Shown here piece after piece: positions 12,024-24,589 of a stretch of 64,000 nucleotides of DNA. Every line of letters begins with the position of its first letter. The stretch's first letter is position 1. The DNA lies in assembly GCF_018350175.1 (NCBI RefSeq), contig NC_058368.1, positions 67,520,001-67,584,000 of the forward strand. Reading direction: 5' to 3'. This DNA is from Felis catus. Its lineage: Eukaryota. The position numbers and the translations under genes were made by a program. The notes below the pieces were generated by a model that was not told the origin of the DNA, made no database searches, and saw nothing but the letters and a program-made list of their open reading frames with translations.

Positions 12024-14340
12024 GATGCTGTACCATTAAAATGAATTATCCTGCCCTAGCTATTTGTGGGCAAGTCCTTTGGTGTGTGTGTGTGTGTATA
12101 TAAGGGAGTGCTGGGGACAGGGCAGCCTTCTGTACTTAGCAATTGCAGTCCTCTCTGCTTCACTGTTTCCACAGACATTCTGCCTCCTGCTAAAATGGAC
12201 TTTCTACATAGCTCTGCCCTCTCTGCTTCTCTGAACCAAACCGTGTCCAGGTCATCAGCTGCCAGCCCTGCTGCCCCTCTGCCCACTTCCTTTGCTACCA
12301 AAGGGGTATATCTTTTACACTTGAGGGTGAGCCCTCACCTTCAGAGAGCACATAGTTGCTGGGGTTTTCTGAGATGTGCTGCTCAGGGCTATTTTCTCTT
12401 CTCGTATTATCTCCACTCTGTCTGGCTTTGGATTTCATGGTTCTCATAATATGCAAAGGATGTAGGTTGTCACTTTAGGGTGAGCCCATACTCCTAGAAA
12501 GTTTTTGTTTTTGGGCTTTCTCACTATTGCTTCCCCCTCTCATCTTGGATTCATGGCTGATATTAGCTAATTTTAGCAGGCCTTGTACACTTTGATTGTT
12601 TTGCATGACATCCTGGAGGAGATGGTTGGTGTCCATGGACATATTTATATTGGGGTCTGATGTTCTCTTTTAGAGGCTCTCTAGGTCCCTGTACTGAGAA
12701 TAGACTTTTAGGGGGATAAGGGTGGGAGCCGGAAACAGCTGTTCAGGTGTATTAACGGTGGACTGCATATGTCACATTGGTCATTGGAGAAATGGTGAGA
12801 AGCAGGTAAATTCTGGACATAGTTTTTGGGATTTGCTAGTGGACTGAAGGACTGAAAGAGGCAGTCTTTTGCAGCTGTGCACATCTGTCTTTGAAATGCT
12901 GCTTCTGCACTGGGGAGCTTAAAGCAGGCTTTAAGTGGGTTGGACTGTTCGCAGGGAGACTTCCCCTGTGGCGCTTGCCATCTGGCCCAGTTGCCAAAAT
13001 GAACAGGAAATTAATCATTTTACTTACTGGGTGGAGTTCTTGTCCTTGTTTAGTCCAGGTCTGTTGTAGAGATCTGGAGTGTCCGTGGGCTTGGTTCTGC
13101 CACTCTTCCTGGTTCCCACAGCCACATCGGGGGCTGCGCCACGTGCGCATCTTCTGTTCGGTTCAGAGACTGATTCTTGGGCCCTGGTGGGGCGAATGCA
13201 GCAGTGGTGGCTGCACACTCACAGGGAGAGCCCGCCCAGACATCCCTCAGTTCTCTCCCGAGCTGTCCTGGTGGTTGCGTAAGCTGCCCCTGCTTGCTGA
13301 ATGCTGAACTGAGGATCCTTGGCCAAACACAATGGCTCCCACATCTGCGAGGGCCTCTGCTTGCACTGGGGTTCTGTACACGTAGGAATCAAATGGGATC
13401 ATGGTAACAATGAATAAACCTTTCTTTCAGAAATTTCTGAAAGTTTCTGGTCTGCTGCTGTTTTTGGTGCTGCCATGATTCTATTATTTTTGTGTGTGTC
13501 ATTTCTGTGGAAGAGTGGGATGGAAGGGATGTGCCCTCCTCTGTCTGCCAGCTTGGTCTAGTTTGCTTCGTTCCCTAGGAATCGACTGGGGGGACTGGCA
13601 GAAAAAGGATTTGGGAAGATTTTTTAGATTCAGAGGATAGAAAATGAGTTGGCTGATATGTAATAGACGGTTTATTCAGGGCCTGAATATTTCTGGCTTA
13701 TTCTGCTTTTCACGGATGCTTAATGACAGTATGGGATAAACATAATTGGGTGTTACTTTTATTTTTTTGAAGATTCCTCCTTAGAGTGTGGAATCGGAGT
13801 AAATATAATATCCATGGGAAGTTTTAACATCACCTATAGTAAGTTTCTAATTAAATTACCTACCTGTAATCATGTGAATGTAGGAAACAACCTATATAAT
13901 TTTATATTTTTTCTGTATGGGGAAAAATGTGCCTACCTTAAGTTTTAATAAAAGATAGAAGACTGCTTCGAAGGAGACAGTCTGAACATTTAAGAATTAA
14001 AACATGTTTAAAGTGTAGAGTTTGCATTAATAGCAAAATGGCATATATTGAAACATTTTGTATTAAATTCCTTCAAAGTACATTTCCTTACTAGATTGTG
14101 GCATCAAGTGCTATGGGTATTAATTGTAAAGTTAACCCTCACTACTATTTATGATGGTTTTGTGTACTAAATTGGAAAGGTATTTTATGTTGTCATTGTG
14201 GATTGGGTGACTGTAATAATGTTTCATATTAATACGCAATACTAATGCACTGAGGTAGGAATTAGGATAAAAATTTAAACATACCCTCCGACGGGCCAAA
14301 GGTAGCATGGGTGCATTTTCTATGGAGTGCAGGCTTATGA

Positions 14341-14735
14341 CAGTAACTGTCCCTTATGCAGGGGATACCTTCCAAGTCCCCCAGTGTATGCCCAAAACTG
14401 CAGATAGTACTGAACCCTATATATACTGTTTTTTCCTATACATACATATCCATGATCAAGTTTCACTTATTAGGCACAGTGATAATAAACAATAATACAA
14501 CAGTATTAATGAATAATAAAACAGAATAATTATAACAAAATACTGTCATAAAAGTTATGTAAATGTGGTCTCTAGAAATACCTCATTGTCCTGTACTCAC
14601 CCTTGTTCCTGTGATGATATGAGATGATGAAATGCCTGCAGGATGAGTCGAAGTGAGGTGAATGACATAGGCATTGTTGTGACAGGGCATTAGGCTGCTC
14701 TTGACCTTCCAGCACTATGTCAGAAGGAAGGATGA
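14341..14735. mobile_element. TcMar-Tigger DNA transposon fragment (MER44/Tigger7-like)
   Basis: ccttatgcaggggataccttccaagtcccccagtg...gatagtactgaaccctatatatactg. Confidence 0.7.
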
Positions 14736-14879
14736 TCGGCCTTCCTACTCCCTTCCAGGATCAGCTGTTGCCAAGACCAATGCTCAGGCATGTCATCGAG
14801 AGAGAGGTCTTTTCCCACAGTGCATTGCACTTCCATAAAAACTAGAATTTGCATTCAGCAGTCCATTATTTGAGATGTC

Positions 14880-15435
14880 TGTCCAGGGAGAACAATAAGG
14901 AAGACTTGTATTGGAGCTTCTCAAGGCCGCTCCTAGATTTGATGATTGGGTAGGAGGACACATGAGACTCAGCATACAGTTGTACTCAGGCTAAGATTTA
15001 ACCTAGTGAAAGGATACAAAGTAGTATCAGCAAAGAGAAAAGGCATATGGTGCAAATTCCAGAGGAAACCAGGTAGAGGATTCCAAGAGTCTTTCTCTGT
15101 GAAATTGTAGGACAAGCTAATTCCTCAAGACGTGTGAAGTGTTGCCTACTGGGGAAGTTTGGTAGAGCCACCACCCAGGGTATTTATTTGAGGCTGGTCA
15201 GGTAGGCACCTTCTGCCCACCCCCTACCCAAATTCCAGACTCCCAGAAGGAAAGAAGATGTTTAGCATAAACCACATTGTTTGTACAGACATTTAGGCAC
15301 GGTGAGCCATTCTTACCAGGGAGTGGTGGGAACACTCCTGCAGCCCTTCTTTCGAGAGGTCAGCCAGGACCAGCCTTACCAGCAGGCCCTTCTAAGGATA
15401 ACAGTTTCAAGCTGGCTATGTTGGCTCTTTTCTGG
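14880..15435 (-). mobile_element. MER21-family ERVL LTR
   Basis: Reverse-complement similarity to the LTR at 40480-41050 (gagactcagcatacagttgtactcaggct; ccagaggaaaccagg). Confidence 0.75.
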
Positions 15436-16082
15436 GTGACTTAGATATCCAGATGCCTTGTGTTCTAGATATTAAGGTATTTGAAAATGAGATAAAAGAC
15501 ATAATGTGGTTTGTTATCAGACTTCCCATACTGGGACAGTCAGTGTGTGTTGTTTTGCTTTGATTCATACTTTAAAAAACATCAGGTTTGTAACAGCTCC
15601 TGTTGAAACTCCTGGGTGACACAGACATTCTGGTTGCTGATGGTTCCTCTTGGGCTCCCTGTATAAGCCTCTGATTCTTCTGAACTGTGGACCCATAGCT
15701 GACTGTGCAGATTTTCTTTGGCATGGTCTTATCTTCCTTTGTAACAATCACTTCAATCTTAGTGATGGTTAAGACTGCTTTGTATAAAGTATGGGCATTA
15801 AAATACCTCAAAGATGTGGTGAAGGTAATGTGGGAGGGTGGGCAAGTAAACAAATAGCAGTGATTGAGTGGGAGTAAAAAGCTACCTAAATTCAGCCTTA
15901 ATTATGCTATGCCTTTCATAAGTTTGCTAACAAAATCATTACTATAACTTCTTAGGCTCTTAAGCAGTAATTGCACGAGAGTAAAGGGTCGGGATAGTGA
16001 CTTTAGTATCAACCTTACCAGATAAGTAGAGGTTACAAATTGCATTACCTTTAACAGCATTATCTTAAACATAATTTGACAG

Positions 16083-16215
16083 CTATTCAGGATTATGAAA
16101 CTGCTCAGGAACACAATGAAAATGATCAGCAGATTCGGGAAGGTCTAGAGAAGGCACAGAGGCTACTGAAACAGTCACAGAAACGAGATTATTATAAAAT
16201 TTTGGGAGTAAAAAG
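16083..16215 (+). CDS. DNAJC3: DNAJC3 (P58IPK) coding exon 10: last TPR / start of J-domain
   Basis: gacag|CT ATT CAG ... AAA AG|gtgagt; 133 nt; translates (A)IQDYETAQEHNENDQQIREGLEKAQRLLKQSQKRDYYKILGVK(R), recognised as P58IPK. Confidence 0.97.
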
Positions 16216-17064
16216 GTGAGTTATTAATTTAAAATTTACATAAATCAACTGTTTTAAAGCTTATCATTGCTCTTCCTTTTTTCTCTGATTCATTGCTTTC
16301 TTTATGTAATTTCAGTCATGGATTAAACCTAACCATCTTTAACATACTGAAGCTATTTTGTTACAGGCAGATTTCTTTGATAGCAACTAGTACTGCAGTG
16401 ATAGGGAATTAGTAGTTGGTAACAAAGGTATGACACTGTAGCATGAATAGATCCTGCCCTAGATTATTTAGGAAGGGTAAGGAGGTAGGAGTGAGCTTTC
16501 TTTTGTGAGGACAGGAGGGAGAGAGGGGGAAAGAAAACTAGGCCTAAAAATAAAGTGGCACTTTTGAGAAATAACTTACACGCACTGAGATCTACAAAAG
16601 CTGGGTAATGTCAGACCCACTTTCCCTGAAGAAGGAACCATCAATCTTTTATCAAAAGTTGAACCTTTGTTAAGTAAGCTAACCAGATGCAAAATAGAAA
16701 GTGGGTTTCAGACTCAGAGTATCTCTTTTAATGCCAAGATTTGTATCATGGTAGGCTGGAAATTCAGAAAGTTTAAAAACACATCTGTGTGATTTTTTTT
16801 TTTTTTTAAAGGGAACATTGCAAAGATCAAAAGTAATTTCTCCCCAGTGAGATTCTGATCTTAGGGAACAAGTATCTGAGGAAGCCTGACCAGCTTTAAT
16901 GATCATCCAGTCTGGATATTTAATGTTCAGCCTGTGACACCATGGGCACGATTAGAAGAACCAGGTTGCTAACTTGCCGGCGGGATCATAACTGTCTTTT
17001 AGTTTTTTGTGGCTGTGTGTTGGGCACTGCTTAACTAATGATTATTTATTTTCATACTTCTCAG

Positions 17065-17213
17065 AAACGCCAAAAAGCAAGAAATCATTAAAGCATACCG
17101 AAAATTAGCATTGCAGTGGCACCCAGATAACTTCCAGAATGAAGAAGAAAAGAAAAAAGCTGAGAAAAAGTTCATTGACATAGCGGCTGCTAAAGAGGTC
17201 CTCTCTGACCCAG
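17065..17213 (+). CDS. DNAJC3: DNAJC3 coding exon 11: J-domain with HPD motif
   Basis: ctcag|A AAC GCC ... GAC CCA G|gtatt; 149 nt; [49 protein letters not shown]; phase fits both neighbours. Confidence 0.98.
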
Positions 17214-17962
17214 GTATTGTTTGTCCTTAGCATTTTCTGTTCTTCTGAAATGGCTGAGTCTGCGATGCGCAGACTTCTAGCTCCGTTCCTTTGCTGACTT
17301 GGAGACAGGGTCACACAGGGGGGACAGGCGGGCTGCTCAGGGCCACCCTGTAGGAGCTGGGGACCACTGGGTCCCCCGTCTTGCAGTTTCAGAAGTCCAG
17401 ATGTCATGCCTGCCCCTGTCAGACTCAGGGCCCTTCTGTCTGGCTCAGTGGAAAGACCAACAAGCTTGGAATCAGAAGGCCTGATTTGACTCTTCGCTCT
17501 ACTGCCAAAGTTCTTAGAGCTTTTTGAGCCTCAGATTTTACACCAGTGAGGGGGATGTCTTAGGTTCCTTCCACCTTCCCGGATCACTGATGAATTCTTT
17601 ATACCAAACTTCTAGGAGCTCGATTAGGAAACCAGAATGCCTTGGGGGGGAGGGGGGGCGGGCAGTGAGGGTGGGAGGTGTATACCTAGCCCAGGAACCT
17701 TGTCCTGAATCAAATGTTCATTAGATTTACTGATTGCTGGAATGTTTTTATCATATGCTAAAATGGCCTGGAAAACGAGAGAGAAAATGAAGAAATTAGG
17801 TAATACTGAACAATGCTTAGACATTTCCAGAGGGAATTTAATGGTAAGCTAATACCTATTGCTTTTTTGTGCCTTTCCATGTCAGTAGGAGTAGAAGCTA
17901 TGACTTGAGCTAGACAAATTCATCAAAAATAGAAGGGACTCAAGATTTATGCCCATTTGGCA

Positions 17963-18133
17963 ATTTTTTTTTTTTTTTTAATTTTTAAAGTGTATTTATT
18001 TTGAAAGGAGAGAGAGGGAGAGAGAGAATCCAAGCAGGCCCCACACTGTCAGCACAGAACCTGACATGGGGCTCGAACCTACATGACCTGGGCTGAAGTT
18101 GGACACTTAACCGACTAAGCCAACCAGGTGCCC
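17963..18133 (-). mobile_element. Can-SINE in DNAJC3 intron 11
   Basis: Poly-T tail, (GA)n linker, SINEC head; flanked by ttggcaa repeats. Confidence 0.85.
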
Positions 18134-19152
18134 TCCTTGGCAAATCTTTTTTGAACATCTGTTCCTGCTATGGAATCGAAGCTGTATGGCCCTCTATTTG
18201 CATTTATAATCCTGTAAGGGAGGTGGAAATGGAGTTAATGAGCACAGCAGGGTAGTCTATCTTTTCACTCAGCAAACGAGTGCCAGCAACATTCTCAAAT
18301 GGTCTGTCTTCAGCTGGCACAGTGGACAGGTGGGGGGGCCACAATGGACTGGGAGCTGGGAATCTTTGGCGGGGGGTGGGGGGGTGGGCATATGGGGAGA
18401 CAACCCTGCAGCTGAGCACTAAGGATGGCAGGGAGCCAACCAATGGAGTTGGGGCCAATAGTCACAAAGTACCTACAAATGCAGTTCTTTTCTTGATGCT
18501 TAGGAGTTCTTTTGGTTCTGTTCCTTTTTCTTAGCCCCTGTTCTTATTTTAGGGATGAATAGTTTTTTTCTAGTCTGAGTGTAGTCACTTGCTCTCCTGC
18601 CACCTGCAGGATTCCTTTCTCCCGTTTGCCTGCATTAGCCTCTGTCTCGTCAGAGACCCTCCTCGGGACTGAGAGGTACAGCAGTGAGGGCAGCCTCCTG
18701 TGCTGCACAGCAGGGAACCTTAAGTCCAAACAGAACTAAGAGTGAGGCGTGGAAAGCTGTTGAGACTGTGTTACTGGGGTGAGGATGGTGATGTGGCTCT
18801 TTGTTCATAGGGGTGTGATTTTTGGAGGTCTCTTTCTTTGCAATTATTTTTTTCCAGAGAATTTCCTTGGGTAGCTTCTTGTGAGGAGAGAACATTCAGG
18901 GGGCCTGAATTTCAAGGAATACCCATTTCCAGCCCTGAACCTCAACCCTTTTTCTGTGACCGGTATTTCTTCTCTAGGCTGTTTCTCCTGAGACCAAACC
19001 TGTGAGCTGGGCAGGAATGGGGGAGCCGGGATCTGTGTGTCAGGCATGACTGATTTGATAAGAGAGAAGCCAGGAATCCTGTGATGCTCCCTTCCCCCTC
19101 CCCAGGCCTTAGTTAATACCTGGGTCTTCATTTTCTGGTTTCTTTCTTGTAG

Positions 19153-19310
19153 AAATGAGGAAGAAATTTGATGATGGAGAAGATCCCCTGGACGCAGAGA
19201 GCCAACAAGGAGGTGGAGGCAACCCTTTCCACAGAAGCTGGAACTCATGGCAGGGGTTTAACCCCTTCAGCTCAGGCGGACCTTTTAGATTTAAATTCCA
19301 CTTCAATTAA
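19153..19310 (+). CDS. DNAJC3: DNAJC3 terminal coding exon 12
   Basis: ttgtag|AA ATG AGG ... TTC AAT TAA; (E)MRKKFDDGEDPLDAESQQGGGGNPFHRSWNSWQGFNPFSSGGPFRFKFHFN*. Confidence 0.98.
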
Positions 19311-22300
19311 ACCAGCTGTTTTTCTGCTCTTCTTCCTTAATTTTTTTAAAGATTAAAAAGAAAGAAACCTTGTCCCGGGATCCTAATGGAAAAAAAAAAA
19401 AATTCAAATCTCTTAGTTTGTCCATGACCAAAGAGTTGTTTTAATAGGAAAAATCCGTTCTTACCCATTTTAGACTGGAGGTTGATGGGTCTGAGAAGGC
19501 AGAGAGGCGAAGACTCGTTCTATTTCTGACAGAGCAGCTCATGTAAATGTTTGAGCCTCTGGAAGAGGGTCTGAGGGAGGTGTGCCTGTGCAAGCGCTCA
19601 CATAGTTTTCTCACCAGAGCGGTAGACATTCTTCTTCACAGCCTCGCATAGCCCATCAGTGCCTGCACGAGGACTGGGAGCTGTAGTTTTTGGGAGACCC
19701 CTTTAAGTTTTAGTATTCTTAGGATATTAACATTTTGAGCTGTGCGGTCCTAGGGACACCTTGGCTTAGATTTTGGTCAGTCCCTTTGCTTGCAGATACC
19801 TGTGAAATTACAGAGCCTCGTGAATGCAAGCGCACTTGCACCTCTGCTGGCGTGAGCACGGCTGGCACTGAGGGAGGGACGGAACCCACCTTTTAGAAAG
19901 CCTGCTGCCCAGTGGTAGCTGACATCGCCAGGTACAGACTTTGGATGGGTATTAAGCGTGCATTTTATGTCCAGTACCTGCAAGAGAACACTGAAGACCA
20001 CTGAAACAGAATTGATTATAAAAATCTATGGGCCCTTTTGTTTAATATGAAACAAATTAACTAAAGGAGAATGGGTAATACAGCAGTGGTGTTACCTAAA
20101 ATAGAACTGAGGTGCGGAATGAAATACTTTAATAGCTGAAGTTGTGAGTTAAACAGAACTTCCTGTAACAGGATTGGCTTGGAACTGTCAAGTTGCTCAG
20201 TTGACAGAGAGAGAGAGAGAGAGAATGCCGTGTGCCCCACTTGTAATCAGGGTGGTGGGGCAGCTTCTCTGACTGCCTGGCCAGCCCTCTGGGGTTGCAG
20301 TTACTCCCACATGGGACTGTTGAGGCAGGAGTTAAACTGTAGACCCGCCCCTTGCCCGGACCTCGATGCGTCTGCTGTTCTGCCAGGAAAAATACACATT
20401 TACAAATCTAGTCAGCTCTGGCTGTATTTCCATCATCAAGATGGCATCTCTTCTTGGGATTCTGTCTTCTTACCTTTTAAGAAATTAAGGTATTCAGTCT
20501 TTGTGTACTGGATAATTTTTTCCCTAAAAAGTATTATTTTAATCAAGAGCATTAAATATTTATGGAACTATTGATGCTGCATTTAAAATCTAAGAGAATT
20601 ACTTTAGATAAGAATGATTACCTTCATTCTGGAAAGGTTTTTGTTTTTTGCCTCAGAGCATTTTGATGAGTATGGGTCTCTAATATATTGTTTTTATGAA
20701 GTCAGGCATTTTAATTTCAGTGGTGGGAAGCGTCCTGACCACAGCAGCCAAGCACAGAGCGTTTCCTTTCATGGTCACCCTGCAACGTACGTGAAGAAAA
20801 TTTCTTTGAGAGACAAAAATCACATAGTTGAGTTAAGCAAAACATATATGTGCTTTTTTACATCTACTTAGAAGTCTGTTTCTTACCAATAAACTTAACA
20901 GTGCATTTGGAAAATTAGGGAACAGTTTGCAGCTTTCCTTTCTTTTTAGTATCTTAAAATGCAAGCCAGTGTGAAGATGATTTCTAAGGGAAATTCAATT
21001 TTGCTTATTCTTTAATCTTAGTAATCTCATTACTCCACTGTGTCAGCAATATATTTTTTCCAGTCTGGTTCTTTGGTGTCTGTCGTCACTGACCGTTTTG
21101 CAATCTAGCAATGGCCTCTACCTACTTTTGAAGTAAGAATTTTCATGCAGAGTCAGAACAAGGAAATATCCAATCACTTGCCTTTCCATTCAGAGAAGAG
21201 GTCTAGGAGGAGCCCGAGGGAGTCAGGACGGTGGAGGGCTGGGCCGCTGGAGATGCATCCCTGGCGCCATTACCCCACGGACCGTCCAAGCTGCCCGGAC
21301 GGTGGCTCACGTTTTCTCTACTTGCAGTAACCGTCGTTCCTGCGCCTAAACCTTTCCCGTGGATTCAGCCTAGTCGGCGTAGCGGAAATGTGCAGTTACT
21401 TGCTCGTCTTCAGTGAACAGAGGAGAGAAGCTATGGTGCCATGTGCCAGTGCCACAGAGAGGGCTCAGTGACAAAATAATGACCTGCAAGTCCAGCCCTG
21501 CTGGGTGTCAGAGGCCACCGCCTGTCAGGGCAGACAGTCCTCCGGGCCATCGAGGGAAAGTCGCTCCTCCTGCTGGCCCGATGGGTGAGGTCATCGCACG
21601 GACTGAAAAGGCACTTGTTTTGGGGCTCCTTCCATGTGCCACTCTCTAGGCTCTTGTCTCTGGGGCCCGCAGGTGCCCGGTCACCATGATGGCTCTTTCT
21701 GGAAAAGTAAAACCAGAGAGGTGCCAAGCCTTAGCTGTATTAAGGTCCTCCCTCCCTCCTCAGTAAGCTCTGGAAGCGAAGTCTCACTTGTCTGTACACT
21801 GTGGACACTTTGCCTTCCACAGCAGCCGGGAACGAACACAGCAACCTAGAAACGCGAGAAAGGTCCTAAAAGAGAATAAACTAATTTAGTGCCCAGTTTT
21901 GAAAGTTTGTGCTTTCTTTCCATGGATAAATGAAAAATGGAGGACAACCTCAATAGTTTACTGTGAATTGGATGAACGTCATGCTAACTTTAAAACGTCT
22001 TCAGTCAGTGTTAAAAATGTATCTTAAATATCAGTATGAAAGCAGAACTTTTGGGGACTCTGATAATGGAATGTAAAAACTACCTTTTTTTTTTTTTTTT
22101 AAGAGAAAAATGCTGATAACCAAGTAGGGAAAAAGTTCATAGGATCACAATTTGAAATTGGCAGCATTTCCTATTCATGGTGGAAAATGAAAAGATTACA
22201 CCTTTAAAGGCATGAACTTGGTCAGCAGTTGTGACATTTACCATGAAAAAAATGCGTAAGAGACTTCCATTAAAAGTGGTTCCTCGGTCAGGTTGTGTTT

Positions 22301-22925
22301 GAGCCGCCTGCCTTAAAGCCCAGAGGTCACAGTGACGGGCCTTACAGACATTTTCAGAGTACACGTCAGCGGTGGCACCTAGAGAAGTTCACGCAGCCTC
22401 GTTGAACGTAGTGATTTTTCCATATTTGTAAAGGAAGGAGGAAGGCAAATGCTCATTTGTCCACAAATAACATCCTTACTCTAAATCAGATCATTCCTTT
22501 TGTTAGCAGTCTATGCTGTAATTGCAAATGATGTTAATAGGTGGGGATAATTTTTTTTTTTTAATGGATGATCTCATTTGCTGAATGATTTAAGAGTCAG
22601 ATTAGCCACTGCGTGGCCTTGTGTATAAGTAACAGGTTTTGTTGCACTCGTCTGTGGTCGGCCCCTCCTGCCTGCAGGGGAAGGAAAGAGTGTGGAGGAG
22701 GTGGATCCTGGAGATGTTTGAGAAGTTAAAATATTACTCCTACTATAAGGCTATAGCTGGTTTTGAGTGAGACAAGACTAAGTAACTTAATCCATCCCAA
22801 GTTAGTGTTTTAATAAAGAAACTGAAAATTAATTGAAATGGGTCTCAGATATGTCTGCAAATATGGGTACTATTTTTATGCCCATGTATTTTCACATTTA
22901 ATAAAAATATTTATGGTCAAATCAT
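19311..22925 (+). other. DNAJC3: DNAJC3 3'UTR (end approximate)
   Basis: Largely repeat-free stretch after the stop; AATAAA at 20888, 21875, 22812 and 22900; U-rich sequence follows the last one. Confidence 0.65.
22900..22905 (+). promoter_or_regulatory. Likely distal poly(A) signal of DNAJC3
   Basis: AATAAA with upstream TGTA (22885-22888) and downstream U-rich tract (atcattttcttgctttcgcttcattttt). Confidence 0.6.
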
Positions 22926-24589
22926 TTTCTTGCTTTCGCTTCATTTTTAGTCTTTTGGAGAAGTCTCTCTTCCAACTTCGCCTGACATGTAGTCTGTGAC
23001 CGGGGTGACCAAAGGGCTCCTCCTTCATGTTCAGGTGAAGGAAAGTCAGAGCACAAAACAGAAATAGCTAAAACTTCTTACCCCAAAAGTCCTAGAACAG
23101 CTAGGCCTTAAAGTGGACAGTTCTTCAGGTTCAATACTGTTAAAATCTAATACTTAAATTGGCTTGGTTGGAAGACTTTTATACTTAATTTGCACATTTC
23201 TGTTAAAGTCGTAAAACGGGGTTTGCAGTGTGGTCTCAGATTTCCAACTACAGACCCACATAGCTTTCTTCTCAAGTCTCCTGCATATCCTCAAAGACTA
23301 GAATACTTAGGACTTTCCCCAAAAGCGCAGTTTCCAAATTCTTGCTAATAATCCTGCTGTCTTTGCAATCTATGAGCCATCAGCCTTAGTCTGAAGATCA
23401 TGAAAATATCAACAGATGTGACAGCTGGCAGGAAAACAAGAAGAGGAAGGGAAGATCCATTTTCTCTTCCCAGATCCTCAGGGTTTTTCTCGGTGTGAAA
23501 GATGCTTCAAAGATAGCAAAGGATAACTCTTCTAACAAGTAACATTTCTCTGTATTTTCTTAGGATTATATTAATTCTATCACCTGTTGCAGTGTTTGGC
23601 TTCTTGCGAGAATTTAATGCATTTTATTACCTCAAGTTACTAAGACCTCATGAGTGGAAATTGTACAATTTTTGTGCAAACAAAATAGCATCTCTTCCAC
23701 CTGGATCCACTCCGGTTATGCTAACATGCAAGGAGGGCCTTGTAAGATGTGGTCTTTACACCTGGGGAAGTTTATTATGGCTGCTGTGCAGTGGAGAAAA
23801 ATGGCACCAAATCCCAGAGAATCCTACTTGTCCTGGTATCCGTGAGCTGTTACCTGCTAGACCAAGTGCTGCAGAACACTTAGATTAAATAGGACTGTCA
23901 GAAAAATAAAAATAAAAAAAATAGGACTGTCAGGAAGCCGTGCAGGCAGAAAGATGCTGAGCAATCCTGGAGAAGTCTTCATGGATGGCAAAGCCCGTCA
24001 CTGCATTTTAGGACCACAGCACAAAAGCTCTTCCTGTGGTCTGCAAACTCTCCTGCATGACCCTGTCACCCCCTCCCCCTCCCGGCTAGCAGCTGGCTCC
24101 CACCTCGAGTTTCGTCCCCCATGTCCCTTCCTTCCTGACACTTCCCCTTCATAACATCTTCATTTGGAGATTGAATGCCATTTGTTCTGGTCTGATAACT
24201 TCAAAAGGACACATAGTAGGTACTTAAACAGCTGTTGGATTGGTTCGGGTTATGGAAACTTTATATTTTGGCCTTCCTCAGATGAAGCCTTTTGGACACA
24301 TTTTCTGGTAGAAGCAGAGGCAGGTTCAGTGACTTTTGTATGAGAAGGAGTTGGTGCTGCTCTAGATTCTCCTCTATACGATTACTCATGTTTACTTCAA
24401 AATTCCTCTCAGCAAGGCCACTACCGTTCTTCTTCCTTCTCTACCTTCTCCCCAATTTTAAATTAAACATGAAGTTGATCTTTGTCATTCAAACGTTTTG
24501 GTTTTGAACCCGTCTTTTAAAATTTAATTTGTATTCCCTTAATTCTTATCAAAAACCTTTAATTCAGGGAGATGTGAAAACATGGGTGG

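Noticed and set aside
13120..13146. GCCACGTG as part of an ERSE
   Set aside because: No CCAAT nine bases upstream (reads CATCG) and no ATTGG-N-CCACG arrangement.
15565..15853. Minus-strand ORF with IEVIVTKEDKTMPK, faintly like the RPL17 C-terminus
   Set aside because: Similarity limited to a few residues; no poly-A tail, TSD or extended homology to support a processed pseudogene.
16045..16082. U12-type branch point at the DNAJC3 exon 10 acceptor (weak pyrimidine tract; acctttaac / atcttaaac)
   Set aside because: Neither matches TCCTTRAC well, and the diagnostic 5' splice site is outside the window.
22661..22690. CUGCAG in the DNAJC3 3'UTR as a possible IRE1/RIDD cleavage site
   Set aside because: Flanks do not form a stem closing a 7-nt XBP1-like loop; the best local stem (cccct/agggg) sequesters part of the motif.
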